A DNA stretch of 63,946 nt, filler included, from Asterionella formosa (GCA_002256025.1; 5 parts of 5 records of this genome joined end to end with filler, not necessarily neighbours in it), one strand, 5' to 3'. Counted from the first letter of the whole stretch, positions 34,420-46,985 are shown. Numbers and translations: made by a program. Notes: generated by a model not told the origin, from the sequence alone.

Positions 34420-36610
34420 TTGGCACAATTAATACATCACATGAATGACATGGGAATTGAGATTTACTCTAACTTTGAGACTTTGTCCCAATGGCATCTC
34501 AAATTTGCATGGAATAGAACATTTTTCAGCAAGCCACCAGAGCCAAAGGATGCTAGACTGTGTTTGTCACTTCTTTCTCAACAACCCAGATCCAATGGAA
34601 GCATTCAAACTGCATGGCACCCAGAATATTTAAGATTTTTGGATTGATCTAATGCATGAGTTTCTTGTGGATCAAGTTGTCCCAGAATTGGTTTCAAGGA
34701 TTAAAAATATTGAAGTTGATTATACTAAGGTAACAACTACAACTTTGACAAATGAAGATACAGTTGCCTTTTTATCACCATATGGCCTAACAACTCTTAG
34801 CATTACAACTTTATCTAGATGGATGCATGCTGTTGCAATTAGATACAAAAAATGTGAGAAGCATTACTTTGTGGATGGTCTTGAGAGACCTGAAACAATA
34901 GCATACATGAGACCTATCTTTACAAACAAATACCTTTCCTTTGAGTTGCGCACACACAGATGGATTCAAATTACAAAGGAAGATTCTAAGCTATTAGAAA
35001 GCAATGGTGATATTGCAGGGAATTGTGGCTTTTCACTGATGATGGAGTTGAGATGGCTGAGTACCATAGTATGGATACAAGAAGCTAGTACAAGTTTCAA
35101 GACAAGAAGCAAGATTGATGAGCTCCCATTTGGAGGCAACCTAAGTGTGAGGAAAGATTCGGAATCTAGACCTGTAATGTTCATTGGAAAAGATGAGGCT
35201 ATATATAAACAGTTTCTATTTTTATTATCCAAGCAAAAATTGGTGTAGTCCTAAGGGAGAGCGGCCACCACTACTTCCAAAGGATGGAAGTACAAGCTCA
35301 ATGATTTCTGCATTTATCTGTTGTGAGCATGGTCTACTCCAACAGATAGTACCGATGAATGTCCTTGCTAAGAACCCTCCATTGCTTTGGAAAGAACTGC
35401 TATGCAGACAAGGAAGTTGCAATTGAAGTGTACGGTGGACAACGCACAAAAGAAACCATTGACAGCAGAAAAGTCCCCATTTGTTGTGCTTGAATATGGA
35501 GAAAACCGAGAGAGATACTGGATCTACGCACACATGGTGCTCCAGTTCGAAGATGTTGTTGATGTTTTACAGATGCTCTAATCCAAATCCGACTTTGTCT
35601 TTCTATTTGATCACAGTGCTGTTCAGAACTCCAAGCTTAATGGCCTCAATCAGCTCTATATAACTATAATTTTTGGTGGAAGGTACTCTGCAATGAGAGA
35701 AACGGTCATTACAAGGGAGCAAGGATTTTGGGGCCCATTCCTACGTACACTGAATTCTGGAGACACACATAAAATGAATTTCGAAAATGGCCATGTTGAT
35801 CCATTCTGGATGTCGCTGACACAAAGGGAAGCAACATGACATGACATTCAATTAGGGACTATCTCTACCAATGAAAGAAATCGTTCAGCCTCGGAATAAG
35901 ACCTGAAAACAAAAGGGATCAACACCAAGATGGGACGAACAAGAAGGAGTTAGTTTAACTGTGAAATTCCTACAATCATAGCTAACTGTTGTTGAAAATT
36001 TTCGTGAAGAATGGTAAGGAGGCAGGAGTGAAGCGTTTGTTGCAAGTTCGTTGGGAAGGAGGATTCATTGACAGCACAACTCTAAAAAAATATACACTCA
36101 CTGGGAAGAGAGAACTCGGAATTGGCAAAATTTTGAACAACTTGACACACATCATGGGAATGTGTGCTGTTTTCAAATGAAAAGGGCATTCTGGTGAAAT
36201 AAATTGCAACCAAGATTAGCGTCACGGTCCTCCTGACACCGAAATGTCATGCTGAACTTGCAGGGGAAGCTATAGAGTACATATAGGCTTGTTCTAAAGG
36301 TGAATACCGAAATTTGATCTTGTAAGAGAAGAAGGGGAAGGAAAACTTCATTGTAAGTGTGCTGAGCCATTGTCTTTCAGAGAAAATCATCACAGTTTGA
36401 AGAATATCAAAGTTTGCATGGTGTGCTCCTTCAATACCTAATCTTGGCTTACGATGCCATTGATTCTGGTCAGATGACCAACATACTCAACAAGGCTATT
36501 CCAAATGTAGCCCTGTTGCTTGAATTGACATCATGGCTCATCAATGAGTTCAAGACAAATCAATATCGTAATATAAAATTTCCTTTAGACAAAAAAGTAT
36601 TCTAGATCTT
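34420..36610 (+). mobile_element. Decayed IS630/Tc1/mariner-superfamily (DDE_3-like) transposase
   Basis: YFVDGLERPET, IGKDEAIYKQ, YGENRERYW..QFEDVVD, FVFLFDHS (35591-35617) and LTPKCHAELAGEAIEYI*ACSKGEYR (36233-36310); many frameshifts. Confidence 0.7.
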
Positions 36611-38734
36611 CGGTGGCTACACAATCGAGTCCAACAAAAAGCGGTAAGAAGCCGATCCTTTAACTAACAACAAACAGCATTAGTAAAGATCGCCTTTTCC
36701 CAAACCTTCACATGTTGCAGGCGTAGTATGCGTGGCCCAGCACTATAAGGAATGTCCAGTAACAGATGCTCCAAGTTTAGTTAAAAAAGACATAAAAAAG
36801 ATCCAGGAGTGAAAAACTGCTGTGACCCACTGAGTTCTCCTATTTGTTTGATCAGTTCAACTAAAATTAGTCCATGCTTTGCGAGAATCAAACTTCCAGG
36901 TCTTGTTGACCAAAGAAGGTGTCAGCAGCTTGTGGTTGTGTCGATATTCTCATTGAGGGTTGACGTCCTGCGATATGAACATTTTGAGGTGTACATAATT
37001 TGCAAGAAGTGGGTCACAGCAGTACTGAAATTTTTATCTATAATTGTACATGATTTTGTATACCATATATCGATCACAGATTGCAAAAGCTTTTTAAAGA
37101 ATTTTTTCATCCAGGATTATCGTGAGTATGTATATAATAATCACCAAACAAATATGCTTAAATGGCCAAGCATTTCCATGAAATGCTTGCGCTATGTACA
37201 CATTTCCTGAACAGTGTATGGGGGATGATAGTAAGTGATTTTACCTTCTTGGCGCGCCCATTTATAAATACTCAAGTTACATAGTAGGCAAAAACCGGTG
37301 ATAGGGATAGGGATACTATGACACGAATCAGATTCCAAATAAATCGAATGCGATATATGTGTATATACTAGCTGGCTGCGTATATATGTAACAAGAATGC
37401 ATAATGAATTCTGAAAACATGGGGCAATTAATCCGTGTTCTGGCCATATTTTCGTCAATTGCACTTTTCAACCAACAGTATTTGAGAGCAAACCAATTGC
37501 TATAAGCTTATATCTTATGGTATGGCCTTGATGTAAATGTTAAGATTTCTAGGTAAGCTGCTCAACACTTGAGCCACTGCAAATTCATGCAATTTTTTTC
37601 GCCCAGAGGGAGGTGGTCTGGGCGGTGGTACTACCGGTATGTATACAGGGTGAACCGGGCAAATTCGTTCATGCTTCCTGCACACATGGAGCAATTGTCA
37701 TTATGGATAGGATTTTTGATCCCCTATCATGATGAACGCCTATGGGAACGTCAAATAGCTTTTTTTGTTTACAGAAAAGTTTACTTTATTTTCTCTACTT
37801 TATCTGATACGTCGATTAATTTAGCAGGCTTTGTGTCCCCTGTTTTGATGCCTAAACCTCCGACTCAACATCATGGATACCATGTGAATTGCTTGCAATT
37901 GTTTACAAGAACAAATCTCATCCAGGATTAAAATTCAAATGTCTTTTTTGCTAATCTATAAATAGCTAATGCGCTAGACAGCAATAGAAACTCTATAATT
38001 ATTGAAGCTATATCTACTACACTTCATGAAAGAGAGTTTCTCCTCTCCTCCCCCATGCAGCACAGGAAACCATTGTCGCACACTTTCCAACATCGCCATA
38101 ATTCCTGAACATATTGCTGCCTCATGTTTCCTTGACATCTACCACATGCGGCTGGTTGCTTAGTATTTCTTCCTGTCTGATGTCCCCCCCCCCATGATCA
38201 AGTCGTTCCTCCTACACATGGCATCATCCACTGTGCTCCTCATCTCGCAAAAACGACAGGACATATGGGATGCATAATTCGAACATCTAGTAAGGAGTCG
38301 TATGATGGATATTGGATTCCTTCGTGTTGTACACAGTTGTGTAGAATCCATCGCATGTACGCAGTTAGTACAAGACAAGCGTCTGTGTCAAAGTGTCTGG
38401 TATACTAACTGATATGCAAGAACTCAAAGAAACAACTTTTTCGAGCACAAAAGGTACTAGCATGTGGCAGTATCTAGCTAATACCGGTATAAAACTTGAA
38501 TGTATCGTACTCTTGGCATCCTTCAGTGACAAGAATTGAATGACAGCAACAACTGACATAACAACAACGGTACCTGGTACCTGGTACTGGTATTTATTTT
38601 AGAAGGAATTTACAGTTAGACGAGGAATGGAGCTCTTCACGGACTCGTTGATGTAGCTTCAGTAATGAGGACAATCAAATGACAGCACCACCACTCGACA
38701 TTAGTACATTATGTAGGAGGAATACCAGTACCGT

Positions 38735-39007
38735 GGAGGTTTAATACAAATATTCATCCATGACACATGCCGAGGGGGGGGGATCATCAAATATAAACAA
38801 GATTTACATAGAGGGAAAGTATCAAGACAATCGAATAAAAGCACCACCAACAAGTGTGATATCACTATACTAACGGTAAAATACTTGTGTGCCCCTGGAG
38901 GTTTAATAAATATTTATGCATGACACATGCCGGGGGGGGGCATCATATATATATATACAAATATATATATAAACAAGATNNNNNNNNNNCCCCCCCCACC
39001 CCCCCCC

Positions 39008-39044
<37 letters not shown>

Positions 39045-39082
39045 ATCAAATATAAACAAGATTTAAATAGAGGGAAAGTATT
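38735..39082 (+). repeat. Local duplication of an ~85-bp unit around G/C homopolymers and a 10-N gap
   Basis: GGAGGTTTAATA..CATGACACATGCCG(G)n at 38735 and 38897; ATATAAACAAGAT three times; poly-C 38990-39044; N 38980-38989. Confidence 0.8.
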
Positions 39083-39496
39083 AGGTGTACACAAGGTATC
39101 CAATGGTACCTGGTAGTGTGTGTGGAAGACAAACACTTATTTTCCCCTAAGTAATGACTAAAACTATTTTTGTCCATTGTCATGGTAATGTTCAAGCAAC
39201 TACCGGTAAGTAGCTTATTTGTACTAGCTAGTAGCTCTTGATTTGGTTTATCTATGAACTTTTTTGTTTTGAGAATGGCAGATCCATGCCTAGCTACTTC
39301 ATCAATGTGTTCACGTGGAAAAGCTCTTGAATTTGATATTGGGAAAGCTGGAGCTGAAATTGTACAGGCCTTCCTCAAACATGTTCATATAGCAGTTACA
39401 AGGAAGCTACTACAATGAGTTTGAACCCATCAATGTGTAATATACTTTGATTTTAAGTTCATCATGAATGAACTCAACCAGGCTAGTTCTACAAAT

Positions 39497-39596
39497 NNNN
39501 NNNNNNNNNNNNNNNNNNNNNNNNNNNNNNNNNNNNNNNNTTAATTAATTAANNNNNNNNNNNNNNNNNNNNNNNNNNNNNNNNNNNNNNNNNNNN
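39497..39596. other. Artificial contig spacer
   Basis: N44-TTAATTAATTAA-N44. Confidence 0.97.
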
Positions 39597-39688
39597 ATGA
39601 TATATACCGGTATGCTCCGTCCTATATGTAGTGATTCTAAAATAATTGGGTTTCTAGTGACTACATTCAAAGTAGTCAACATGGAATC

Positions 39689-39846
39689 CTACGTTTAGGT
39701 AACTTTGGGAAAAAAAAACCTAAACGTAATGCGTTTGGGTAACTTATTGGGATATGGGCACGGAATCCCCTAAACGTAATGCGTTTGCGTTGGGTTTTTC
39801 ACTCCCGTTAGCATCGTTTTTTAGGGTTACCGAAACCTAAACACTG
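39689..39846. repeat. Candidate DNA-transposon end with subterminal repeats (hAT-like)
   Basis: CCTAAACGTAATGCGTTTG twice plus inverted TACGTTTAGG; ends AACACTG (reverse complement CAGTGTT). Confidence 0.4.
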
Positions 39847-40645
39847 TTTGGTTTTGGTTTTGGTCCACCGTTAGCAACGGCCTTACCGGTTATAACATGA
39901 ATGATCATCTTGTTGATTCCATCACCTATCAGACAGTTCTTACTAACGACCATGAAGACGCGTACGTGGTACGTATTTAAACCCGGAAAAGGTATTTCTA
40001 AGTAGGGAGTTAACATATTTCAGTATTACCGGTACTGTACCAGTAAGCAGGAGCTGACGACGAGTCATTGATTACGAAGTCCTACCGGTAGACGACAAAA
40101 TGAGTACCTGGTACCTGTACCGCACCAATAACGGGATCATTCGTCAGAACATGGTAATAACTGCAAATGATAAAATCCTCTTGCTGCGGTCAAGGAATGT
40201 GCTGGAACACACTACCGGGAAAACCGTACTTAGTCGAAATCATTGAGTTAACAGTGTACCAGTTGGGTCCAGGAGGTAATAATGGTTTGAACAAACGAGA
40301 ACACTGAGCATCCGAATTTTGCTTTGACAAGGGGGTTCTCGGTCATCATGCATGGTTCGTTCGGACATAATTTTGTTCATAGAACAACCCAAGATCTAGA
40401 GGATGACGACCAAGCACTATGTAGGACCATCCAGATCACACTACTCATTCTTTGAATTTTCTATTTACTACACCGGCGCGTGCGTTGATTTCTTAGGGGT
40501 CATTTTTCATTCGCACTAAAGAACAACTTTTACTTCAAATCCTGACTGTCATCCCTTCGTTGCCGACAAACTATTTTATCCCCTTCACATAACAGGGAAG
40601 ATATAGTGAACCTGAGAGTATCATTATGAGGCAGCGTTCTTGAGC

Positions 40646-42271
40646 ATGGCTTCCAACGAAAACAGCAATCAAGGAATTCATCATGTCAGTTTCGCCAATG
40701 ATGAACGTCGCGAATTACTGAACTATTTATTTGCCGAAGCCACAATGAAAGGCACATTACGGAGGAGAGAGAAAGCTATGATGGCGTTGGATGTATTGCA
40801 GGCACATCCCTATCTTGCACAGGAAAAAGTACCTTGGTTCTTCGGCCGTACTCTTGCAAAACTTCGTCCGTTCGCGATTTTGTGTTTGTCAGAAACCATC
40901 GATATTGGTGTCTTGAAGAAAGTGCACAGTCTCTATCCCTCAGCAGCCGTGAAAGCCGTGGGTGGTACTGCGGACAGCAGCACATATCTATTGCACCTTG
41001 TGGTGGAAAAGAACAATTTAAGAACCGATATCATCACATTCCTGCTACAACTCTTCCCTAAAGCGGCAAGGTATCCCTTGAGAGGGGGAGCGTTGCCCAT
41101 TTCAGTTTTGGATAAGTTTAACTTCACGCAAGTCCATCTCGCTGAGCTATTCGTCAATGCATACCCTGATTCTGTGAAGAGCGCTGGTAGACATGGAATG
41201 CCAGTGATTGTAGAGGCCATTCTAAAGCGTAGCCAACTAGCGAGGCGCACAACAAAACTCAAGCAAAATGAAGATGTTATTCGGATCTTTGTTGCTGCAT
41301 GTCCCGAAGCTTGTCAAGGTTTGGCGATGAGAGCATTGATGGAAGTGCCTCATACTCATGAGCTTATCGAAATATTGGCGTCAGCGTGTCCTTCCTCCAT
41401 TTCAAGTCGATCACTTTCAGACTCGTTCATCGGAGACTTTTCGATGGACGTCCAAGAAACGTTCGTTCGGCACTATTGTGGTACTACTGTATCCGTTTGT
41501 GTCATGGATGAAGCCACCACCAAAATGGTTATCAATGCCGCGGATACCAACCCCAATGTCGTATCCATCCAGTTACGTGGTCATGGGATTAACCCAGCTA
41601 CCATTGCCGAAATTGGACAGACCACGTCGTTAAAATCCGTAACCCTCATAGCTGAGCAAGAATGCTTGTCGGGAGAATGCAAAAAAGAATTGAATTTGGC
41701 TTTGGCAGAGGCACTTCGTTACAATCGAAGTATTGAAAACCTGACAGTGGGAGGTAACTTTGACTCCACCTTGTGTCTGGGATTATCCACCGACAACATT
41801 TCTCTCAAGTCGCTCTTTTTCCGTCTTCGTAATGATGGCGATGATCTGAAAGAGGTGGAAACCATGTTAAAGTGTAACACTACTCTAACTGTCCTCGCCT
41901 TTGGAGGAGGCGAGACCCTTTCGGAGTCTGCTGCCATGTCGTTGGCGAAGGGACTGAAAGAGAACACTGGACTACTACAACTTAGTTTCTATTCCAGAAA
42001 CGGCATAGAATCCAAAGGTTTGGATGCCCTGGACGAAACAATGTTGAAGTATAATACTACTCTTCAGAACTTTTATGGAAATCCTCATATTTGGGGTCGG
42101 ATGGAATGGTACTGTGCATTGAACAGAGCAGGGCGGGGTGCTCTCCTACGTAATGGTTGTGTTTCAACTTATGAATTTATTAAAGTCCTTTCCGCGAGTA
42201 TCGATGACCTTGACATATTGTACGGCTTGGTGAGATTTCTGATGATGAGTTATGAAAATGGTTTTGTATAA
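40646..42271 (+). CDS. RNI-like leucine-rich repeat protein with helical, ankyrin-like N-terminal repeats
   Basis: LAEALRYNRSIENL, MLKCNTTLTVL, LAKGLKENTGLLQL, MLKYNTTLQ and terminal LNRAGRGAL; N-terminal YLLHLVV/ALPI/GMPV motifs. Confidence 0.75.
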   Translation: MASNENSNQGIHHVSFANDERRELLNYLFAEATMKGTLRRREKAMMALDVLQAHPYLAQEKVPWFFGRTLAKLRPFAILCLSETIDIGVLKKVHSLYPSAAVKAVGGTADSSTYLLHLVVEKNNLRTDIITFLLQLFPKAARYPLRGGALPISVLDKFNFTQVHLAELFVNAYPDSVKSAGRHGMPVIVEAILKRSQLARRTTKLKQNEDVIRIFVAACPEACQGLAMRALMEVPHTHELIEILASACPSSISSRSLSDSFIGDFSMDVQETFVRHYCGTTVSVCVMDEATTKMVINAADTNPNVVSIQLRGHGINPATIAEIGQTTSLKSVTLIAEQECLSGECKKELNLALAEALRYNRSIENLTVGGNFDSTLCLGLSTDNISLKSLFFRLRNDGDDLKEVETMLKCNTTLTVLAFGGGETLSESAAMSLAKGLKENTGLLQLSFYSRNGIESKGLDALDETMLKYNTTLQNFYGNPHIWGRMEWYCALNRAGRGALLRNGCVSTYEFIKVLSASIDDLDILYGLVRFLMMSYENGFV

Positions 42272-42662
42272 TAATAGAGGCGTTTGATTTATTGTGAGAC
42301 TTTAAAAAGAATTAAAAGCCCACTAGCTCTAAACATTTGTAGTACACAGTTACAAACTTGTCGTGGTACACCTTCCGATTTGTGCTGTAAATTTGCCCAA
42401 CCCGCGAACAAATGCTGATGTGTCGCGTAGAATTCGCCAGTTGAGTTGTCGTTAATGTATGTATCTATAGGATTTTTACTTTTCTCATCAAATTCTTCCT
42501 AGGTTACCAGCAGTTTTTGTATAACGAATTCCCAGGCAAGGAGATACCCCAAATTACGTGAAAAATAACACTAAAGTAAAATTCATTCAAGAAGCTATTT
42601 AGGAAGTACCCTAGTTGTTTCATCCCTATGTCAAAGACATTGCCTATTCTCAGATACCTTCG

Positions 42663-45395
42663 CTATCGTGAAAGAATGCTGGTCGAGCTAGCACAATCGG
42701 ACATGTTGGAAGCAGCAAGGTCCAAAACCGCGTTAAAGTCTCTTTTAAGGACTGGTTTGCCAAGAGCACCATCAAACCCAGTAGGAAAGCTTGCCGTGGT
42801 GGTAGCCCCGTTTGGTGATGGCACATAATTGGTCGACATCAAGTACACATGGTTCTGGCGAGCCACACGATTTTCTTTCTCCCATTCACGGAACCGAGCC
42901 ACACATCGAAACCCATTCAAACGGGACATTTCTTCATCCAACATTACGGCGTCCCAGTTTCTCATCTTCAGGAGTCGTAAGGCGTCCTCTCCATCGTTCA
43001 CATAGACCGCTTGCCAACCAGCCCGTTCTATGTCATTCTTCATATGCGTATTCACCGACGCAGACGAGTCCTCTGCAATCAAACACATGGGTCCAGACGA
43101 TCCCAAGTCATGGGCCGTCTTTAACTTCTTATCGAAGGCTTGTCTATCTTCTTCCATCGGGTCCCTTATGGTCAATACCTGATCCAAAAGCATGGAAACT
43201 TTCTGCAACTCTTCCGAAGTATCCAACTCTTTCAAAATCTTCATTGTCACTGGTTTGGGTTTGAAATCATTCATACCAGCGTGTTTCCCTTTTTCTACAT
43301 CATTGGCAGATGCATGCGCTGAAATTCCAACAATATACTGCTTGAACCAAGGACGGTGGATGTTTTCCCATTGGCGGTATTGCATGACACAATCAAGCCC
43401 ATCCATGACGGGCATGAGATAATCGCACATTACCACGTCGAAGACTTGACTCTGGAGTTGCTTCAGCCCTTCAAGACCATTCACTGCCTGCGTAACTTCG
43501 AAGCCAAGATTCGACAATGCCCTGTCCATGGACTTGCGAATCACTATAGAATCATCAATAACGAGGGCACGTCGAGGTCTACCTGCCTTTGCATTACGAG
43601 AAATACTTTCGGCCTTGCGTTTTTCTTCGGCCAAGACGCGAGCGACCGTGGAATAAACTTGCTTGGCGTCACCGTCATCCATATTCTTGGTAGAAAGGAC
43701 ACGAATCTTTTGGGCAAGAGATTCACTGCTAATGGAATTATGTGTTGAGGTTTTTACAGAGGGCGCATGGTAGTCCTTCGGTAGTACAAGAGGGACACTA
43801 AACCAGAAGGTGGCCCCAGTTTGCGCCTTATTTTCGGGTGTTCCATAACTGGTTGTTCCATTTGGAACTTGCGTCCTCGGTCGAAAGCCATACTCACCAC
43901 CTAGGCTACTTATTTGATTGGCAACGGAATACAGCCCCAACCCACTATTTTCCATGGTAGCATGGCAGGAACCCGCCTTTGCCTTGCCAGTTTCGTCGAA
44001 GAGAAGGCACTGTTCAGCTTCAACATCATCCGTTTCACGGAAGGGCCGAAACAAGAATTGATAGTGCTCAACATTAACACCTGGCCCAGTATCCTCACAC
44101 TCAAAAACCAGCATAGGAGATCTTCTCTTGCCTGCCACATAAATTTTAAGGTGGACGGACCCTGATTCGGTCTTTTTACATGAGTTGGTAAGAAAGTTAA
44201 GGGCACACCGAAAAATCTTCAAATCGTCCGTAACAATTTCCGTGGGGACCAAGGAATCGACTGTGATAAACAGCGGGACTTGCTTCGGGTATGGTTCCAT
44301 TACCAAGTTTAGATTCTTGACAATTTCCGCAATGACCACGGGTTTGGGTCCTGCCGGAGTGTTTGAATCTTTCTTATTCGCAGCGTTGTTATTGTGCGAC
44401 GACACTTCACCTCGAAAGGTTTCAATCGCAGAATTACAAATTCGATTCATAACATCCGAACAAGACGTGGCAATTCCTATCAGTTCTTTTTGATTTTCAG
44501 TAAGACGTGCATTTAAATCTTCATCTTCAGACAAGAGCGACAGTGACATTTGCACCCCACTCAAGGGCGTCAATAAATCATGCGCCGTCGATGCAATAAC
44601 CTGACTTTTGTCATTTAACACTCGGTATTTCTCTCGTCTTCGTTCCACCATGGCATCCACCACCAGCGCCGACAGTTCTCTTAAATTCTGTTTTTCTTCC
44701 AGTGTCAGTCCATCGGGCCTCACCTTGTCATCAATGACACACAGTGTCCCCAATTTGTATCCCTCTGGACAAAGTAGAGGTGCGCCAGCATAGAATCGAA
44801 TGTTGGGTGGTCCTGTCACAAGTGGATTGTCCTTGAAGCGCACATCCTGGGTGGCATCTGGAACAATGAGCAAATCCTCCTTGGATATAATCGCATGAGC
44901 GCAAAAGGCAAACTTGCGTGGTGTCTCCCGAGTGTCACCCAATCCTCGATTGGACATGAACCATTGTCTCCCTAGATCCACCAAGGACACCACACAAATA
45001 GGAACGTTAAACATGCGTGCTGCCAGGCCAGTGAGGCGTTCAAAGTTCCCCTCTCGTTCTGAATCAAGAATAAGGTAGGATTTCAGAACTTGAAGGCGCT
45101 TCAATTCTTCTTCCAGTGATTGTCCTTGCGAGATTTCTGCATTGAAGTTTGTCAATACCCAGTCTAGTTCTCCTGTATTGTCCATGGATGCGGACACTTC
45201 GCTCATGGTTTCATCATCATCATCATCATCATCATTGTTTTTTCTGTATGCTTCCTCAAGAGAGTTCCCGATTAGCGCTTGAGGAAAATCCCGGCCACAG
45301 TCAACAAAGGTTGACTGACACTCTTGCTTCTTCAAAGCAAGTTTGAGACTTGCGGGTGTGTCAAAGTCATTGACAGAGCGCGCGTTGGAAGCCAT
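42663..45395 (-). CDS. Soluble hybrid histidine kinase GAF-HisKA-HATPase-REC-REC
   Basis: GAF (FCAHAI..DATQDVRFKDNPLV..IRFYAGAPL), H-box AHDLLTPL, N-box NFLTNS, DTGPG, GLGL; two receivers (IDDS..CDYLMPVMDG..KP and AEDS..LDEEMSRLNG..KP). Confidence 0.92.
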   Translation of the reverse strand: MASNARSVNDFDTPASLKLALKKQECQSTFVDCGRDFPQALIGNSLEEAYRKNNDDDDDDDETMSEVSASMDNTGELDWVLTNFNAEISQGQSLEEELKRLQVLKSYLILDSEREGNFERLTGLAARMFNVPICVVSLVDLGRQWFMSNRGLGDTRETPRKFAFCAHAIISKEDLLIVPDATQDVRFKDNPLVTGPPNIRFYAGAPLLCPEGYKLGTLCVIDDKVRPDGLTLEEKQNLRELSALVVDAMVERRREKYRVLNDKSQVIASTAHDLLTPLSGVQMSLSLLSEDEDLNARLTENQKELIGIATSCSDVMNRICNSAIETFRGEVSSHNNNAANKKDSNTPAGPKPVVIAEIVKNLNLVMEPYPKQVPLFITVDSLVPTEIVTDDLKIFRCALNFLTNSCKKTESGSVHLKIYVAGKRRSPMLVFECEDTGPGVNVEHYQFLFRPFRETDDVEAEQCLLFDETGKAKAGSCHATMENSGLGLYSVANQISSLGGEYGFRPRTQVPNGTTSYGTPENKAQTGATFWFSVPLVLPKDYHAPSVKTSTHNSISSESLAQKIRVLSTKNMDDGDAKQVYSTVARVLAEEKRKAESISRNAKAGRPRRALVIDDSIVIRKSMDRALSNLGFEVTQAVNGLEGLKQLQSQVFDVVMCDYLMPVMDGLDCVMQYRQWENIHRPWFKQYIVGISAHASANDVEKGKHAGMNDFKPKPVTMKILKELDTSEELQKVSMLLDQVLTIRDPMEEDRQAFDKKLKTAHDLGSSGPMCLIAEDSSASVNTHMKNDIERAGWQAVYVNDGEDALRLLKMRNWDAVMLDEEMSRLNGFRCVARFREWEKENRVARQNHVYLMSTNYVPSPNGATTTASFPTGFDGALGKPVLKRDFNAVLDLAASNMSDCASSTSILSR

Positions 45396-46985
45396 GATGG
45401 ACTCTCAGTAAATACCGATGTGAGGAGCAGCTTTGTTGGAATTAATTTACCTAGCATGTACCGGTAATGTTAATGAATCCTTTTGCTATCTCTCAACAAG
45501 TACGGTATGGGGAGGATGAACGGAAGATGAAGGATGTGCGTGCGTCTCCTATGTGTAGCTATGTATATTATGCAAGGATCAGATCTGTGCACCAGCCCGC
45601 CGGTTCAATAGTGCGTACTGTAGGTATTCGTCTGGAACTTATTTGATGATACTCCCTACCGCTTGATTTAATTTAATTGGCTGCAAACAACAATGATAAT
45701 GCAATCAGATCGGAAACGCTTGTCGATGAGAAGCGATGTGATCACAGTTGAGTGGCCTGGTGTGTGTGAATGATATTAGCCACGATATATATGCCGGTAT
45801 ACCACCCTACAGCCATAGACTAGACTACCGGTACCCTGGTACCGGTAGTTTAGGTATATAATGAAGAAGCAACAGTGATGATTGTGGTAGCGACCTAATT
45901 GACACGATGATCGGCACTGTCAACAGATTATTAGCAAGTATGATTACCGGTACTATACCTGGTAGTCACTTCAAAGGAGTCTCAGACTATGTACATACGG
46001 TACCACTTTTTACCATCGTCTTATGTACACATGATACAGTACTGTGTATGGATTTAACCGAATAATATATCTCCAATAAATATCAGCAGTCATCTTCCAA
46101 GATATGAAAAATGCCAGTTGTGTAGAGTTCTACGTCAGGGTGGACAGGAAATGTCAGATGGAAGCTGGATGAAACTTGAAGCACATATATAGTCGTATGA
46201 CCAACATGTGGTAGGTGTCTGTCCTAAGAATGATGTCTTGCATAATTGTATTATTATTCATATCTGAATATGCCACTTGACTGATATTCTTTTCCACCGG
46301 ATTACCATTCATGTCGTACCCTTCCATTCCTTGTTTGTTACGATATATTAGTTAAGCAAAAGAGTCTACTTCCATCATCTACCGATAAAAACGTTGGTTG
46401 TTGTCGTGAATTTCAAGAAATTATTTATTATTCTCGTGTTTTCATTGATATGCTTACCACTACATACCGGTACCTAGATACCGGTAGTTAAGGACGAACT
46501 TATCGATACACTTATTACACAGGAGTGAGTGGTCTACCAGCTACACCGGTACAAACTACCGGTACCGGTAGGACAACTTTCTGAAAGCAGCATGGTGCAA
46601 GCTTCCCATCAACTATTTCGGATATGAATAACTACCGGTAGTCCCAACCACCCTCCTCCTTCCTTTCATGACTGGTTTTTTGCATTGTCATTGTGTCATG
46701 ATAGTGAGTGGATGTGTTACACATCAGGGCACAGTTTCATCCCACTTTCTCTGCCAGATGACATTGACATGACACCACCAATAATTCACTCCCATGGTAC
46801 GATAAACGAATTGAGCATGACAAGTCCCTTTTCATTTGTGGATTTTAAATTTTATTTATTCTCATTAATTATCCACTTTTATATTTTCACAATGAGTTTA
46901 AGCATATGATAGACCAGCAACTATAATAGCTCATTCATTGTCGTCTACTTTGATTTCTTGTTTGAACATCCAATTCTTTTATATA

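Noticed and set aside
36800..38560. Short ORFs between the ITm remnant and the G/C tract
   Set aside because: No recognisable domains; probably decayed repeats.
38903..39136. Poly-glycine ORF
   Set aside because: Product of a poly-C tract and an N gap.
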